Positions 47,444-60,188 of a DNA stretch of 64,000 bases are shown in pieces. Position 1 is the stretch's first letter. Each line of letters starts with the position of its first letter. Source of the stretch: Trichodelitschia bisporula (taxonomy: Eukaryota). Where the stretch lies: NCBI GenBank assembly GCA_010356995.1, contig ML996702.1, positions 372,001 through 436,000 of the forward strand. Direction: 5' to 3'. Under the pieces are notes generated by a model. The model had not been told where the DNA came from, made no database searches, and saw only the letters and a list, made by a program, of their open reading frames with translations. The position numbers and the translations under genes were made by a program.

Positions 47444-48466
47444 ATGGCCTCTCCTCCGAAAGCTCTCGTAAGTATAGACGTCCGCGGGTCGAGTCTCCGT
47501 GAAGAGGACCGCTAACCCCACACAGCTCTTCGACATTGGCGGCGTCTGCGTATGTTGACAACCGCACCGCGGCACGGCAGCATTCACGTCCTAATCTCCT
47601 ATTTTTAGGTCGTATCCCCTTTCCAAGCCATTCTTGACTACGAGCTCGCCAACAATATCCCACCGGGCTACATCAACCACACCATCCAGGGCACGTCGCC
47701 CAACGGTTCGTGGCAGCGCATCGAGCGCGGCGAAATCACGCTTGGCGACACATGGTTCAGTCTCTTCGGCGCAGACCTCCAGGATCCCGAGCGTTGGCGC
47801 GCATACTGGTCGCGCATTCTCGCAGACCCGGCGAAGCGCAAGCTCATCCCAGCGGCGACGCTGGCACAGGCGAAAGATGGTGTTGCACCGCCTGTGCCCA
47901 ATATCGATGTCCAGGCCATGTTTTGGAACATGATGCGCATGGCTAGATCGCCCGACCGATACATGTACCCCGCGCTGAAGAAGCTGAGGGCTAGCGGCCG
48001 GTTTGTGGTGGCAGCGTTGAGCAATACCATTGCGTTTCCGGAGGGCATTCGGGATGAGAAGGGCGTCTTGTTCAATGCTGGACTGCACAAGCACCCAACT
48101 GGTGTGCGGGAGATTGGGAGTCCGGCGGAGAACGGAGGGGTTGGGGACGAGAGGGAGGACGTGAAATCCAACTTCGAGGTCTTCATCAGCAGCGCACATG
48201 TCGGCATGAGGAAGCCAGAGCAGAGAATATATGAACTCGCCCTGAGTGAGGTTACAAGGCTCGGAAAGGCTCGGGGCGTCGATATTCAGCCCCATGATAT
48301 CGTCTTCTTGGACGACATTGGGGGGAATTTGAAGGCGGCGAAGGCAGTGGGGATGAGGACACTGAAGGTCACGCTAGGCAAGAGCAGAGATGCAGTCGCA
48401 GAACTAGAGAAGCTCGTCGGCATGAAGCTCCTAGATGACGACGTCGACGCGAAGAGCAGATTGTGA
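47444..48466 (+). CDS. HAD-superfamily hydrolase (soluble epoxide hydrolase N-terminal phosphatase-like) with C-terminal PTS1, 3 exons
   Basis: Spliced MASPPKAL|LFDIGGVC|VVSPFQAILDYE; motif II ALSNT; motif III GMRKPEQRIY; motif IV FLDDIGGNLKAA; ends AKSRL*. Confidence 0.88.
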
Positions 48467-48499
48467 GGAGCCCGAGTGAGCGAAATAGATTCCTTCATC

Positions 48500-49372
48500 T
48501 TATCCAAGCATGCTCTTTTTCCTTCCTCTGAGCCTCACATCCTCCAATCTCTTCAGCACCACCTTTGCTCCCTTGTGGCTTTCTCCGTATGCCCTCAAAA
48601 CTTCCGGGAACAGGTTTTCGGCTTGAGGGTGTGTGCTACCAAACGCGCGCTCCAGGACGTACAGGTCCACGGCCTTGTCCTCGTCCTGGATACTCTGCAC
48701 AGCGAGTCCGAAGTCGATGATGACGACATCACCTTCGAGATCGCGATTGGTATAAGCGCTCGACTCTCGGCCCGACTTGTTCTTTGGTCTCAGCATGAGA
48801 TTGCTCGTGGTCAAGTCTCCATGCACAATTCCGATCTCGTGCATCTTGCCCACGCTTTCTCCAACCCTCGCCATCAGTTCCATGAGCTCTTCCTGTTGTT
48901 CCGCAACCACGTTCGCGTCGTCGATTCCATGCAGGTAATCGTCCAGATAAGCTCGTATAGTTTGACCGTCAATCCACTCCGTCGCGAGCCACCCAGCTGT
49001 GAAGCATGTTAGCCCACCAGACCGGTCTCATCAGAATGCCATATCCAGCTTGCCTTCCCAGTCGGCTCCCATGACAGCCGGTACAGCAAGTCCCTCCTTC
49101 CGACATCGCACCAGCACCCTTGCCTCCGCCAGTATCCGACCTTTCGTTAAGCGTGCATCAAGGGTAGGGTGGCGGTATGATTTCTTGGGACGATATTTGA
49201 GTGCACAGAGTGTAGAGGTTGTGAGGAAATGAGTGCGGTAGACCAGGGCTTCAGCTCCTTGAGTGATGAGTTCCGGGACGGGATGGGGAGGCAGAGAGTC
49301 CGCGTCTGCGAGCGGTACCGGCGCAAAAGGTGCAGGGAGGGTGTGCACGAAGGCGGGGGCGGTGGATGCCAT
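48500..49372 (-). CDS. BUD32: KEOPS complex atypical kinase/ATPase Bud32 (PRPK), 2 exons
   Basis: QGAEA, KYRPKKSYRHPTLDARLT, EAR, HGDLTTSN, IDFGL, EDKAVDLYVLERAF, VRLRGRKKSMLG*. Confidence 0.95.
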
Positions 49373-49764
49373 GTTTGTCGCGAAGATATTCTGATAGTGG
49401 GGTGGTTGGTCTAGTTCTAGAAGAACCCCGCAATGCCTCCCTGCAGGAGTCAACTACGCGACGTAGCAACAGGGGTACAAAGAAACTGTAAACCACCCCT
49501 AGAACAAGTCGTCATGCTACGTATATCATTCCCATGCACGGAGCTAGAAAACTGCTTGTGGTGATATTGCATGGGAAAATTGTACACACTAACCAATAGA
49601 ACTCCACGCTATACAACGTGAGCATCAAGTCATTCACAGAAGCCAGGTAGAGCATCACAAGAGGCATGGAACGACTTGAACCAGCCCAGCATTACGTGCA
49701 TATTCTCAAGTGTCCTTCGCTGGCAGTCTACCTACAATCACAGTCCAGATATTTATCTGGCGTT

Positions 49765-52700
49765 TCAAATCCCATTGCCCTCCAAACACTCCAGGGCGGC
49801 CTGGAACCCCGAAAGTATCCGTTCCTCAAGCCGATTTTCAACTCCACCTTTTTTGTTGATAGGCTTGAGCCGCGCGAGTTCCGCATCCCGTTCGTTCGCT
49901 GGCACGATCCTATCTAACAGCGAACTCCTGCCTTGCACCCAGTCTTCGACATCCTCCTTGACGCCGGTGCGGTCCCACGCCAGAGATGTAATGTCATGCA
50001 CCAAAACGCCAGTTGCAGCACCAGAAGCGCGATAGCGTTCAACAATAAGTGAAATCAAGGCCAGTGAATGCGTTTCCGACGCCATATTAAGCGTAATGTG
50101 TGAATCGGACGGTCGGGTTCCGATAGGGCCTGAGCGGCTGGTGAGCGCAGTGCTGAGCCGCCTGAGCTGCTTGGGGTAGTTGTTGAGGAAGGAGACAACC
50201 TCGCTCGCGATGGGAGCACCGACAGCATAGAGGAGATTGAGACAAAGGGGCAGGATACCCTTAGTCCATATTGAGTGAAGGCGTGTTGGAACGTCGAAAG
50301 GACCCATGCCATTAGGACGTGCGAAGAACTGCATCAGATTGGCCGAGGAGAGCTGAGAGAGGACGCCCTCTACCGCCATGTTCTCTGCAACAGCTGGGAC
50401 GCTTGATAATTCCAGAAGGAAGAGGATGCTCAATTCGCCGTAAATGGGGTCCCTGTCGATGAGGAGCTGATCGGCCCAGGAGAAAAGGCTTGTGGCATAG
50501 CCGGAGGCGTTGTTGTTTGCGAAAACCAGAGCGATACGTGAATGAAGGAGCTCGATCCCCGGAATGCGCAGGATCGACTGTAGGATGGCGGTCAAGAGGA
50601 CAAAGTCAGACGGCTCACAGCTGTTCGCATCTTGATGAAGCATGCTTGCAAGAGACTGAAAACCAATCAGAACCACGTCGGATAGGACTTCGAGGAGGTC
50701 TGACGCCCACGGAGCTGGCTCCGGACGTCCCGAGCGACCCGGGTCTTCGCTCGCAGACTTCAATATCGGCTGATTGAGGGGTTGGAGGGAGAGGAAGAGA
50801 ATCTGAAGTAGCAGGCGGTAGTAGCGGCTACCGTTATTTGCGAAAGCGGTTTCGAAAATCCCTTGCGAGCCTCGGACTGTTTCCCAGACAAGCGGAAAGA
50901 TGGCCCTTAGCTCTGCCTGGTCCTCCTCCTGCGTTATCTCGACGGCAACCAACTTCTGAAGAAGGACAAGCGCCAGATGAAGCCGATCATAGCGTAGCCG
51001 ATCATAGATGGGTTCCGGCAAGACGGAATCGCGGTTGGCAACTAGGCAGTTCTTGACTGTCCCGATTAGAAGAGGCGCAAGCTCTGTGACTTGGTCGACG
51101 ACCCGGCTGAGTTCAATGGCAAGTATAGTCCACTGCTTGGATAGAGTTATTTGTGCCTCCACCAAGGAGAGATTCCAGTTGACTCCTTGCAGCGTACGCT
51201 CGGACCCTTGCAGAGCGCGTGCCTTTCTCGACCGACATCGATCCAGCGCCTTGGATGCGAATGGGACGTCATAGTAGTAGTTGGAGCCAAACTCAGTTGG
51301 AAAAACTAGAGTATGTTTTATGCTGTCCGTTTTGAGGCCTCGAGTGTTGTCGTCAAGCTTCGCATGTTTGGACAAATTGTAGCTCGGCTGGGCGACGCCA
51401 TGCTTCTTGTAGTACTGCAGGTTAGGCTGAACCTGTTGGGCGGCTGCGACATCTCCTATTTGATGGGCCGAGTGGAGATACATGGCCAAGATCTCGGCGA
51501 TTCCAGCAGCGATCTGGACTTCGTTGCATGTGATACTGGCATCGAGACTCCTGTCCAGCTGTAGCGTCCGGATGTACTTGGTGATTCCGTCGATGAATTT
51601 CGCGTGCCGCCGGAGCTCCCCAACGGTCCAAGGCCAATGATTTTGACATTGCGCCACGAAGTTCAGCATGACAAGAGCACGCTTTGGCGGCAAACTAGAC
51701 AGTTCAGAAAGCTGATCCAAGGCATGCTTCAGGAGGGAGTTCCCGTTGGCCTTCTTCACAGCGCCCTCTTTTTGAGGCTTGGAGCGGTCTCTAGGGGTGC
51801 TGCCGGTTAAGAGGTAAATGGCAAACCACTGTTGCCTAGTACTGATGACTGCCGAAAGCATTTTCCAGATGTCCACTTCCGTCTTCAAATCGCCGGACGG
51901 TTGATTCAAGTGTGTGAGCACCGTAAGGAAACTCTTTGCGATTTCAGGCCCCATGTGACCCAGAAGAGACGGTGGCTCCGCTGACGACCGGGCAGCGCTG
52001 CGGACTAAAGCCTCGAAAAGATTCGCAACAGGGGATTTGAGAGTATTGTCCGAGACGTAAAGTCGCGCAAGAAGCGAAGCTGCCTGGAAAAGGGACTGTT
52101 CAAGGATTGAAGTTGGTTTGTCGAAAAAGGTCCCGATATGAAGAGCCGTGGTGCAAAGCGCCAGAGCGGACTTCGTCTGTTCCACAACTTGCTGGTCCTG
52201 ACACACGAATGGCGAGCCGGAGTTGCTGGTCAGCCCATATGCCAGCATGTCGAGGAGCGGCCGAGAGATGTGGTTGGCGGAGGATGGAGATAGGAGTATA
52301 TCGCTCAGAAATTGTGCAGACTCGGCAAGTGCCGAAGTGAGCTCCTTTTTGCTCAAGTTCGGCTCATCATCAAATCCGTAGACATAGTGGAGGACCTTGT
52401 CAAAGATTCTGCTGAGGTTTGAACTTATGTCCATTCGGTCTTTCTCTGAAGCGTATCTCCAGCTGCGCGAATTCGAGAATATGGAGACCAAGGCGCGCAG
52501 GAAGCCTGAAAGAACCTGGGTTGCGGTCCTATGCGGGAGCACATTGACTGGCTCTCGCCGAACTGCTTGAGATCCGAATAGCGTCAAAGGCCTGTTGCTC
52601 TCTTCAGGAACGGAACCAGGACGGATAGCAGCATCGACCAATGCTTCGAAGAGACGTAGCGAGCTTTTCAAGAGGTCGTATTTACCAGCACCTATCTCCA

Positions 52701-55400
52701 CCGTGCTGATGAGACTGAGTAGGCTTCCCCCATTTCCACCCAATTCCAGAAATCTGCTTCGGGCCAGCAACGGCCACAGCCGCGTGGGAAGGCTGCCTGC
52801 GACAACGCGCAGAAATTGTACGCAGCGGACGAGCACTTCCATAGACGCTTCAACCCCATCCTGGTTGGGGCTGCGCTGTAATTGAGCCTCGAAGATCTCG
52901 CAAACGATGTCGGTCAAGGTCTTGTTGGAATCTGCGTTGACAAATGTGGACTCCAGCAGCACATGGACAGGCGTATCCGGATCCTTTTTCTCCTCCGTTG
53001 AATCTTGGACCTTTTGCAGTGCGGTCAGGAGCGTTGTCAGGAGACCAATGGCTTCGCTTGCTTCTTCCAAGGGCGTCTCGGACATCGATGCATATTCGAC
53101 CTCGTCATTGCCCGGGCAAATTGTATGAAGACAATTGACCAAGTAGTGGAGCGGCGAGAACTCGTACTTCCAGCTCATGACAGGGGGTTTGGAGGTGTCG
53201 TCAGAAGCCACGCCAATGGTGCCTTGTGGAATATTATCGTGTGAGCCAAGTGCCCTGCTGTCAGCCAGGACTAGTCCTCGGTCATCGGTAGCTTCTGGAT
53301 AGGCCACACGTCGAGACTTTCGTGACACAAAGAGAGGCAGATCCCGCGTTAAGCGTTGTTGAAGAATCACTTCCTCATCTTCAAACTCCTGATCAACGAC
53401 TTCCTCGTAATGCTTGAAAGCCCTCGGCAACCTCTGCGTAAGACAACCTGTTTTCTGCACGTAGTTGAGTGCTTCGGAAACAGTCTCGGGGTTCAGACGG
53501 GAGTTCATGATCACCGTTCTCATGAGGCGATAATATGGCGTGCTTTCGAACGGGAACCTCCTCTGCGCCGCTCCCAAGAAGTCGGAAGCCATGGCCTCTC
53601 CGTCTTTGACGAATGCTTCAGCGACAGGATCAAAATCCTTTGTGGGGCGGTCGACAAACTCCCAGTATGGTCGATCGCTAGAGATTGTAGAGAGCAGTGC
53701 ACCGAGAGTTTCAGTACTGTATTTGGCAACACTCATGCTTGCACGTATCAAGCCGAGAAAGCGCATCCGGGCGCGAATGTCGAAGGATGAATTGAGACGG
53801 TCCCCGAATGTCGTCTGAAGATTCCCTGCGACTTCGCTTACGATGTCGAACAACCGACCCTTATACACGGCATATGTGGCCAGAACAGTCGCTGGATCTT
53901 CTCCCGGCGTCGTCCGTTCAATTAGCTGGTAGGCCTCGACGTACATTGCCGTTTGGGTTTGCAGCGCGCCTGTTGACGTAGCACTCGGTTCCGAAGGCGA
54001 ATTGAGCGCCTCCGCATCAAGAGAGTTGCGCCTTGACTGAGCGGATATCTCTCCTAGCGATGTCAAAAGGAATGACCACGCAAATAAAGCTGGAGTAGCG
54101 GGAGTAGGCCCAGCTTCCGCCATCTCCACGAGACATTCGTGTACACGATTGATACAGGCCGTGCTGCCGAGATAACCAGCGGTATCCGAAGTGTGTGATC
54201 GCCCTAATTGGATGGAATCAAGAAGTGAGAGCGCATTCTCGATGGCGAGAGCCGTCAAAGTGACCACAGAAATGACAGTCTGAAGTGTGGAGACGTAGCC
54301 TAAGAGTTGAGGGAAAGGCTGTCACAGTCAGCAGTGAAGAATATGTTGGTGTGGGTTCTTACAGTAAAGAACTGGTTGAAGAACTCGTATCTGTCCATGA
54401 AATTGAAGAGTGAGGTAACAACATCTGCCGACGGCATACCGGACTCGAGGTCAAAGACCGTAAACAGATATTGCAGAATGGATATCAGCTCAACGATCTG
54501 AGCCTCTGTCCACGTTGCCTCGGCCTCAGTGTTGCCCCCCTGAGATGCAAACCAGCTGCTTCCTGACTCCAGACGGGTGACCCGATTTTGTAACCCCTCA
54601 GTAGCTTGAAGCTGAAATTCGTTGCTGTTACGATTCGAGCAGAGGCTGCTAAAAAGACCTCTCCCGATCTCCTTCGCCCACGGCCAGCTGTCTTGACCAG
54701 CATCATCCCCAGCCAGAGTTGTGCCATGTATCCGCACAAGCAGCTCGCTGATTCTAAGGATATGCGCCTTTTCACTCAAAAAAAGTCGGAGAATTCGCAG
54801 TTGCCGCGTATCCTCGGACTCAAAGGCATCAGAGGTTCCATCCATGGGGTCCCTCAAACCACCCGAACCAGGAGCAAAGATGGAAGATGCGAGACTGCTA
54901 CATGCTTCAACACCTGGCGCAATTCCATCTGGAAATAAACCACCCAAGAGTTTGGCCGCAGGTCGCTTCTGCCATTCGAGAACAACAATGCGCAAGGCGG
55001 ACACCTCATCGATCTTCGCCTCCGCGGATAGCCAGAGGGCATCACTTCTGATCTGAGCGATGTCGTAGGGTCCACAGTTTGTCGGTGTGACATTGATCGC
55101 CGCGGTTAACGTTTCGAACTGTGATTTGGTGGAGGGGGAGGGCTTTGAGAAGGGCTCGAATGGACGACGAAGAAGGCTTTCGCAAGTAGGATCGGCGAAA
55201 AAAAACTGGAGAGTAGGGTTCGCGTCATCTGCACGCGAGCTTTGGAAGGAGGCATAGGCATCTTTCCAGGACCTAATGTTGTAAGCTTAGTCCATCATTG
55301 TTTACAGAAAATGTTAGAGAACTTACAACAGCAGCACCTCGCAGCGCAGGCAAGGCTCAAGGGCCGGAAAGTACGTAGAGTCTCCCATTGCAGCGGACAT
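49765..55400 (-). CDS. NUP188: Nucleoporin Nup188 (3 exons)
   Basis: N-terminal YFPALEPCL; FETLTAAINVT; IDEVSALRIVVLEWQKRP; large helical solenoid; C-terminal GELSILFLLELS, IWTKGILPLCLNLL. About 1800 aa after splicing. Confidence 0.85.
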
Positions 55401-55706
55401 GCGCTTCACTGCGCTTGGTGTGTTGTAGACGCCAATCCCATCAGTAGGATAAAAAAGCGCAACGGGTGGTGAGGTTTGCTTGTAAGTTCGCAGGCTGAGC
55501 TCGTCGCGTTTGCTTGATCCAGGCGCGTTCAGTGCTCGGAAAAAGCGTTTATCCGTACCCGATTGCTTGAGGCGATACCGCAATCCCCCGTGCCCTCTTA
55601 GAGACGGGAGACTGAGGTGACATCCGAGGATTACTGTGCTGACGACAGCCGGAGCCTGCATCGAAACGTCAAATCCTTGAAAGCCCCACTGGTATTGCCG
55701 AAGATG

Positions 55707-55713
55707 TGAGTCA
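55707..55713. promoter_or_regulatory. Gcn4/CpcA (cross-pathway control) response element TGAGTCA
   Basis: Perfect TGA(C/G)TCA about 105 nt upstream of the trpC ATG, in the NUP188-trpC divergent promoter. Confidence 0.65.
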
Positions 55714-55817
55714 AGGCGCTGAGGGCCTATTTATTGAGCTTCGACCTCGTCTTGCCGATTCTCCGATATCAAAATCCGTTCAAAATTGACCAATTTTAGC
55801 TTCGAGGTTTCTCCAAA

Positions 55818-58181
55818 ATGCCGAACCTTGATATCATTGACAATTCACCCTACCAACCGACTGCCCGATCGCCACTTGCGACAGCTTCAAACCTGATTCT
55901 AATAGATAACTATGACTCCTTTACGTGGAATGTGTATCAATATCTGGTGCTCGAAGGCGCCACGGTCACCGTCTTCCGCAATGATGAGATTTCTCTCCAA
56001 GAGCTTATCTCCAAGAATCCCACCCAGCTCGTGATTAGTCCTGGTCCTGGGCATCCAGACACAGATTCAGGCATAAGCAATGAAGCAATTCTCCACTTTG
56101 CAGGGAAGATACCCATTCTCGGCGTTTGCCTTGGAGAGTACGTCACCACATGATCGCTTGGTCTGCATGATGCTGAACTCCGGCATAGGCAATGCATGTT
56201 CTCAGTGTTTGGTGGCCGAGTGGATGTTACCGGTGAAATTCTGCACGGCAAGACCTCCTTGCTGCATCACGATTCAAAGGGAGTGTACGCCGGTTTGCCC
56301 CAAGATTTGCCTGTTACGAGGTATCATTCGCTTGCTGGCATGCATCACACCTTGCCAGAGTGTCTGGAGGTGTCGTCGTGGACTAAGATGGGATCTGATA
56401 AGAAAACGACTATCATCATGGGCGTACGACACAAGAAATATGTTATCGAAGGCGTGCAATTCCATCCGGAGAGCATCCTCACCGCCGAGGGTCGACCTAT
56501 GCTCCACAACTTTTTGAAGATGCAAGGTGGAACTTGGGAAGAAAATGAGCGGCTCACCAAGGGACAAGATGCCGCTTCCGGACCTGGCAGCTTGAGCTCC
56601 AGCAAACCCGCCGCCCAAGACAAGCAAACATCCATCCTCGAAAAGATCTTCGCACATAGGAAGGAGGCTGTTTTCGCGCAGAAGCAAATTCCGTCCCAGA
56701 GGCCGTCGGACCTCCAAGCTGCTTACGACCTTAGCCTGGCCCCTCCACAAGTGTCGTTTCCGGCGAGGTTGAAGCAGTCACCATTTCCCCTGTCCCTCAT
56801 GGCTGAAATCAAGCGGGCCTCACCCTCCAAGGGTATAATCTCGCTCTCAACATGCGCCCCGGCACAAGCCAGGACGTATACCCTTGCCGGTGCAAGCGTC
56901 ATCTCGGTCCTTACCGAGCCTGAATGGTTCAAAGGCAGCATTGATGATCTTCGAGCTGTTCGCCAAAGCCTCGAAGGTATGCCCAACCGTCCAGCTATCC
57001 TCCGCAAGGAGTTCATTTTCGAGGAATACCAAATTCTTGAAGCTCGCTTGGCCGGCGCCGATACAGTTCTTTTGATCGTCAAAATGCTGGATCCAGACAC
57101 TTTGAAGCGGCTATATGCCTACTCTCAGAGCCTTGGTATGGAACCGCTGGTCGAGGTCAATACCGTTGAGGAGATGCATGTTGCTGTCAATCTGGGATCT
57201 AAGGTGATCGGTGTAAACAACCGCAACCTAGCCAACTTTGAAGTGGATCTGGATACGACCAGCAGACTCATGAGCATTGTACCCGCCGGTACAACCGTTT
57301 GCGCTCTGAGTGGAATTTCCGGACCGAGGGATGTGGAGCCGTATTTAAAAAATGGCGTCGGTGCTGTTTTGGTTGGCGAGGCTCTGATGAAAGCCTCTAA
57401 TACGGCCCAGTTCATCACAGAGCTTTTAGCCGGGCCGTCAAAGTCCGTCGTCCAGCCGAATCCGAAGAAGCGCATCGTCAAAATTTGCGGCACGCGGAGT
57501 CCGGAGGCTGCGGAGGCAGCTATCAAAGCAGGGGCCGACCTCGTCGGCATAATTCTGGTTTCTGGGAGGAAGCGATGTGTTTCGGATGAGACCGCCTCCC
57601 TCATAAGTAAAGTAGTGCACTCCATCCCAAAGACTGCACCGCAAACCCCAGGAGCCTCGGAAGGCCGCTCCAACATCGCGCAGGATGCATTCTCCAGTTC
57701 GTCGGGACTCATTTCGCACCCTACGCGGGCATTGTTGGTCGGTGTGTTCCAAGACCAGCCGCTCGATTACATCCTCGCCAAACAGCGGCTGCTGTCCCTT
57801 GACATCATCCAGCTACATGGTTCGGAGCCTATCGAGTGGGCACATATTCTTCCTGTTCCCGTCATCAAGACTTTCAAGCCCCACGAGCCGGGTCTGGGTC
57901 GGCGGGGATACCACGCACTCCCGATGCTTGATTCTGGTGCCGGCGGTTCCGGCACTCTTCTCGATATCGCCGCTGTTAAAGATGTTTTGCGCAGCGATCC
58001 GGGTCTGCAGATCATGCTGGCCGGTGGGCTCAACCCGGAGAACCTTGCGAATGTCATTCAAGAGCTAGGGGAATTTGAGGATCGAGTTGGCGTGGACGTT
58101 AGCAGCGGAGTTGAGGTTGATGGCGTGCAAAATCTGGACAAGATTAAAGCTTTTGTCGCAGCGGCAAGGGGATCGGCATAG
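55818..58181 (+). CDS. trpC: Trifunctional tryptophan biosynthesis protein (anthranilate synthase component II + IGP synthase + PRA isomerase), 2 exons
   Basis: [35 protein letters not shown] (GATase); [22 protein letters not shown] (IGPS); KICG, QLHG, LAGGL, DVSSGVE (PRAI). Confidence 0.97.
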
Positions 58182-58474
58182 ACGGGCTGAAAAATCGTGG
58201 AATTTATCATCAGCTACGTAGTACTAAAATATGAGCCGCCCAATCCAATTAAAGTCGGGATGTTGTAGAGGCATGTGTCAAGTCTGTTTATGGCTTTCAA
58301 ATTTGAAAGACTCTCACTGGAATACTGGTTCGCTCTTTTGTGACGTTGCTTAACATTTTCGGATCCCTGAAAGCCCACACGTCGACGCCGCGTCGTCCGT
58401 GCGCATCGCGTCCACATCTCACAGAACCCCGCCGCAAGTCGCAGCGCATCCTACAATCCGCCGAACACGTCAAA

Positions 58475-60188
58475 ATGCCACGGTAAGACACCGATATGGT
58501 CACTTGTAGCATGTCTAATCTATAGCAGGGAAATCATAACTATTCAAGCCGGCCAGTGTGGTAATAGCGGTTAGTCTAACATCTGCGCCCTCACAGCAGC
58601 ACACGATTGCACCGTGATACTTCCGGCCTCGACTGACGCGGGTGCTTAGTCGGAAGTCAATTTTGGCAGCAGCTTTGTCAAGAGCATGGCATAAACCAAG
58701 ATGGCAACCTCGAGGAGTTCGCGACTGAGGGAGGGGACAGGAAGGATGTCTTCTTCTACCAAGTACGGCTCTGTCGCGAGACCCTGCGCGCAACCAACTA
58801 AGACGATTTGTAGTCCGACGATACGCGATATATCCCTCGTGCAATTTTGCTGGACTTGGAACCGAGAGTAGGGCATAAAAGCCGGGCAATGGACGTCCTC
58901 TGACAAAGGCTAGGTCATCAACGGCATTCAAACGGGCGCGTACAAGAACATCTACAACCCCGAAAATTTCTACGTCCACAAGGATGGCACTGGTGCAGGG
59001 AACAACTGGGCGGCTGGATACTCAATGGGCGAGCAGGTGCACGAGGACGTCATGGACATGATCGATCGGGAGGCAGACGGCAGCGATTCCCTTGAGGTCA
59101 GGACTCCGTCTACTCCTCCGCCGGACGCCAACTAACTGCTAGTAGGGCTTCATGATGCTACACTCTATCGCTGGCGGAACGGGATCAGGATTGGGCAGCT
59201 TTCTGCTCGAGCGGCTCAACGATCGGTTCCCGAAGAAGCTTATCCAGACATATTCGGTCTTCCCGGACACCCAAAACGCCGGCGATGTCGTGGTGCATCC
59301 GTACAACAGCCTTCTGGCCATGCGAAGACTGACACAGAACGCCGACTCGGTGGTAAGCATCTGACTGGCAACGCGGCAGCGGAAACTAAGGACACTCAGG
59401 TCGTCCTCGATAACGGAGCGTTGTCAAGAATCGCAGCCGATAGACTGCACGTCCAGGAACCTTCCTTCCAGCAAACCAACCAGCTCGTCTCCACAGTCAT
59501 GTCCGCCAGCACGACCACCCTGCGCTACCCAGGCTACATGCACAACGACCTCGTCGGCATTGTCGCGTCCCTAATCCCTACGCCGCGCTGCCACTTCCTC
59601 ATGACATCCTACACGCCCTTCACCGGCGACAACGTAGAGCAAGCCAAGACCGTACGCAAGACGACCGTCCTAGACGTCATGCGTCGGCTCCTGCAGCCCA
59701 AGAACCGAATGGTGTCCACCAACCCCAGCAAGAAGAGCTGTTACATCTCCATCTTGAACATCATTCAGGGTGAGGCCGACCCAACTGACGTACACAAGTC
59801 ACTGCTGCGCATCCGCGAGCGCCAGCTCGCCACCTTTATCCCTTGGGGCCCCGCCAGCATCCAAGTCGCCCTGACACGCAAGTCGCCGTACATCCCCTCC
59901 TCGCACCGCGTCTCGGGCCTCATGCTCGCGAATCACACGGGCATCGCAACGCTCTTCCGTCGCATTGTCGCGCAGTATGACCGTCTGCGTCGCCGCAATG
60001 CCTTCTTGGAACAGTACAAGCGCGAGGCGGTGTTCGCGGAGGGCTTGGGCGAGTTCGACGAGGCGCGGCAAGTCGTCATGGATTGCGTGCAAGAATACGA
60101 GGATGCGGAGAATGCGGATTATCTTACTAGGGATGTAAGCGGTGCTGGGGCAGGGGAGAAGGGTCCTGATCTGGTCCCCCAGGTGTAA
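58475..60188 (+). CDS. mipA: Gamma-tubulin (7 exons)
   Basis: [22 protein letters not shown]...[24 protein letters not shown]|...GAGNNWA...[10 protein letters not shown]...[11 protein letters not shown]...[11 protein letters not shown]. Confidence 0.97.

Noticed and set aside
47591..48295. 234-aa and 179-aa minus-strand ORFs
   Set aside because: Antisense to the HAD gene, which has clear motifs on the plus strand.
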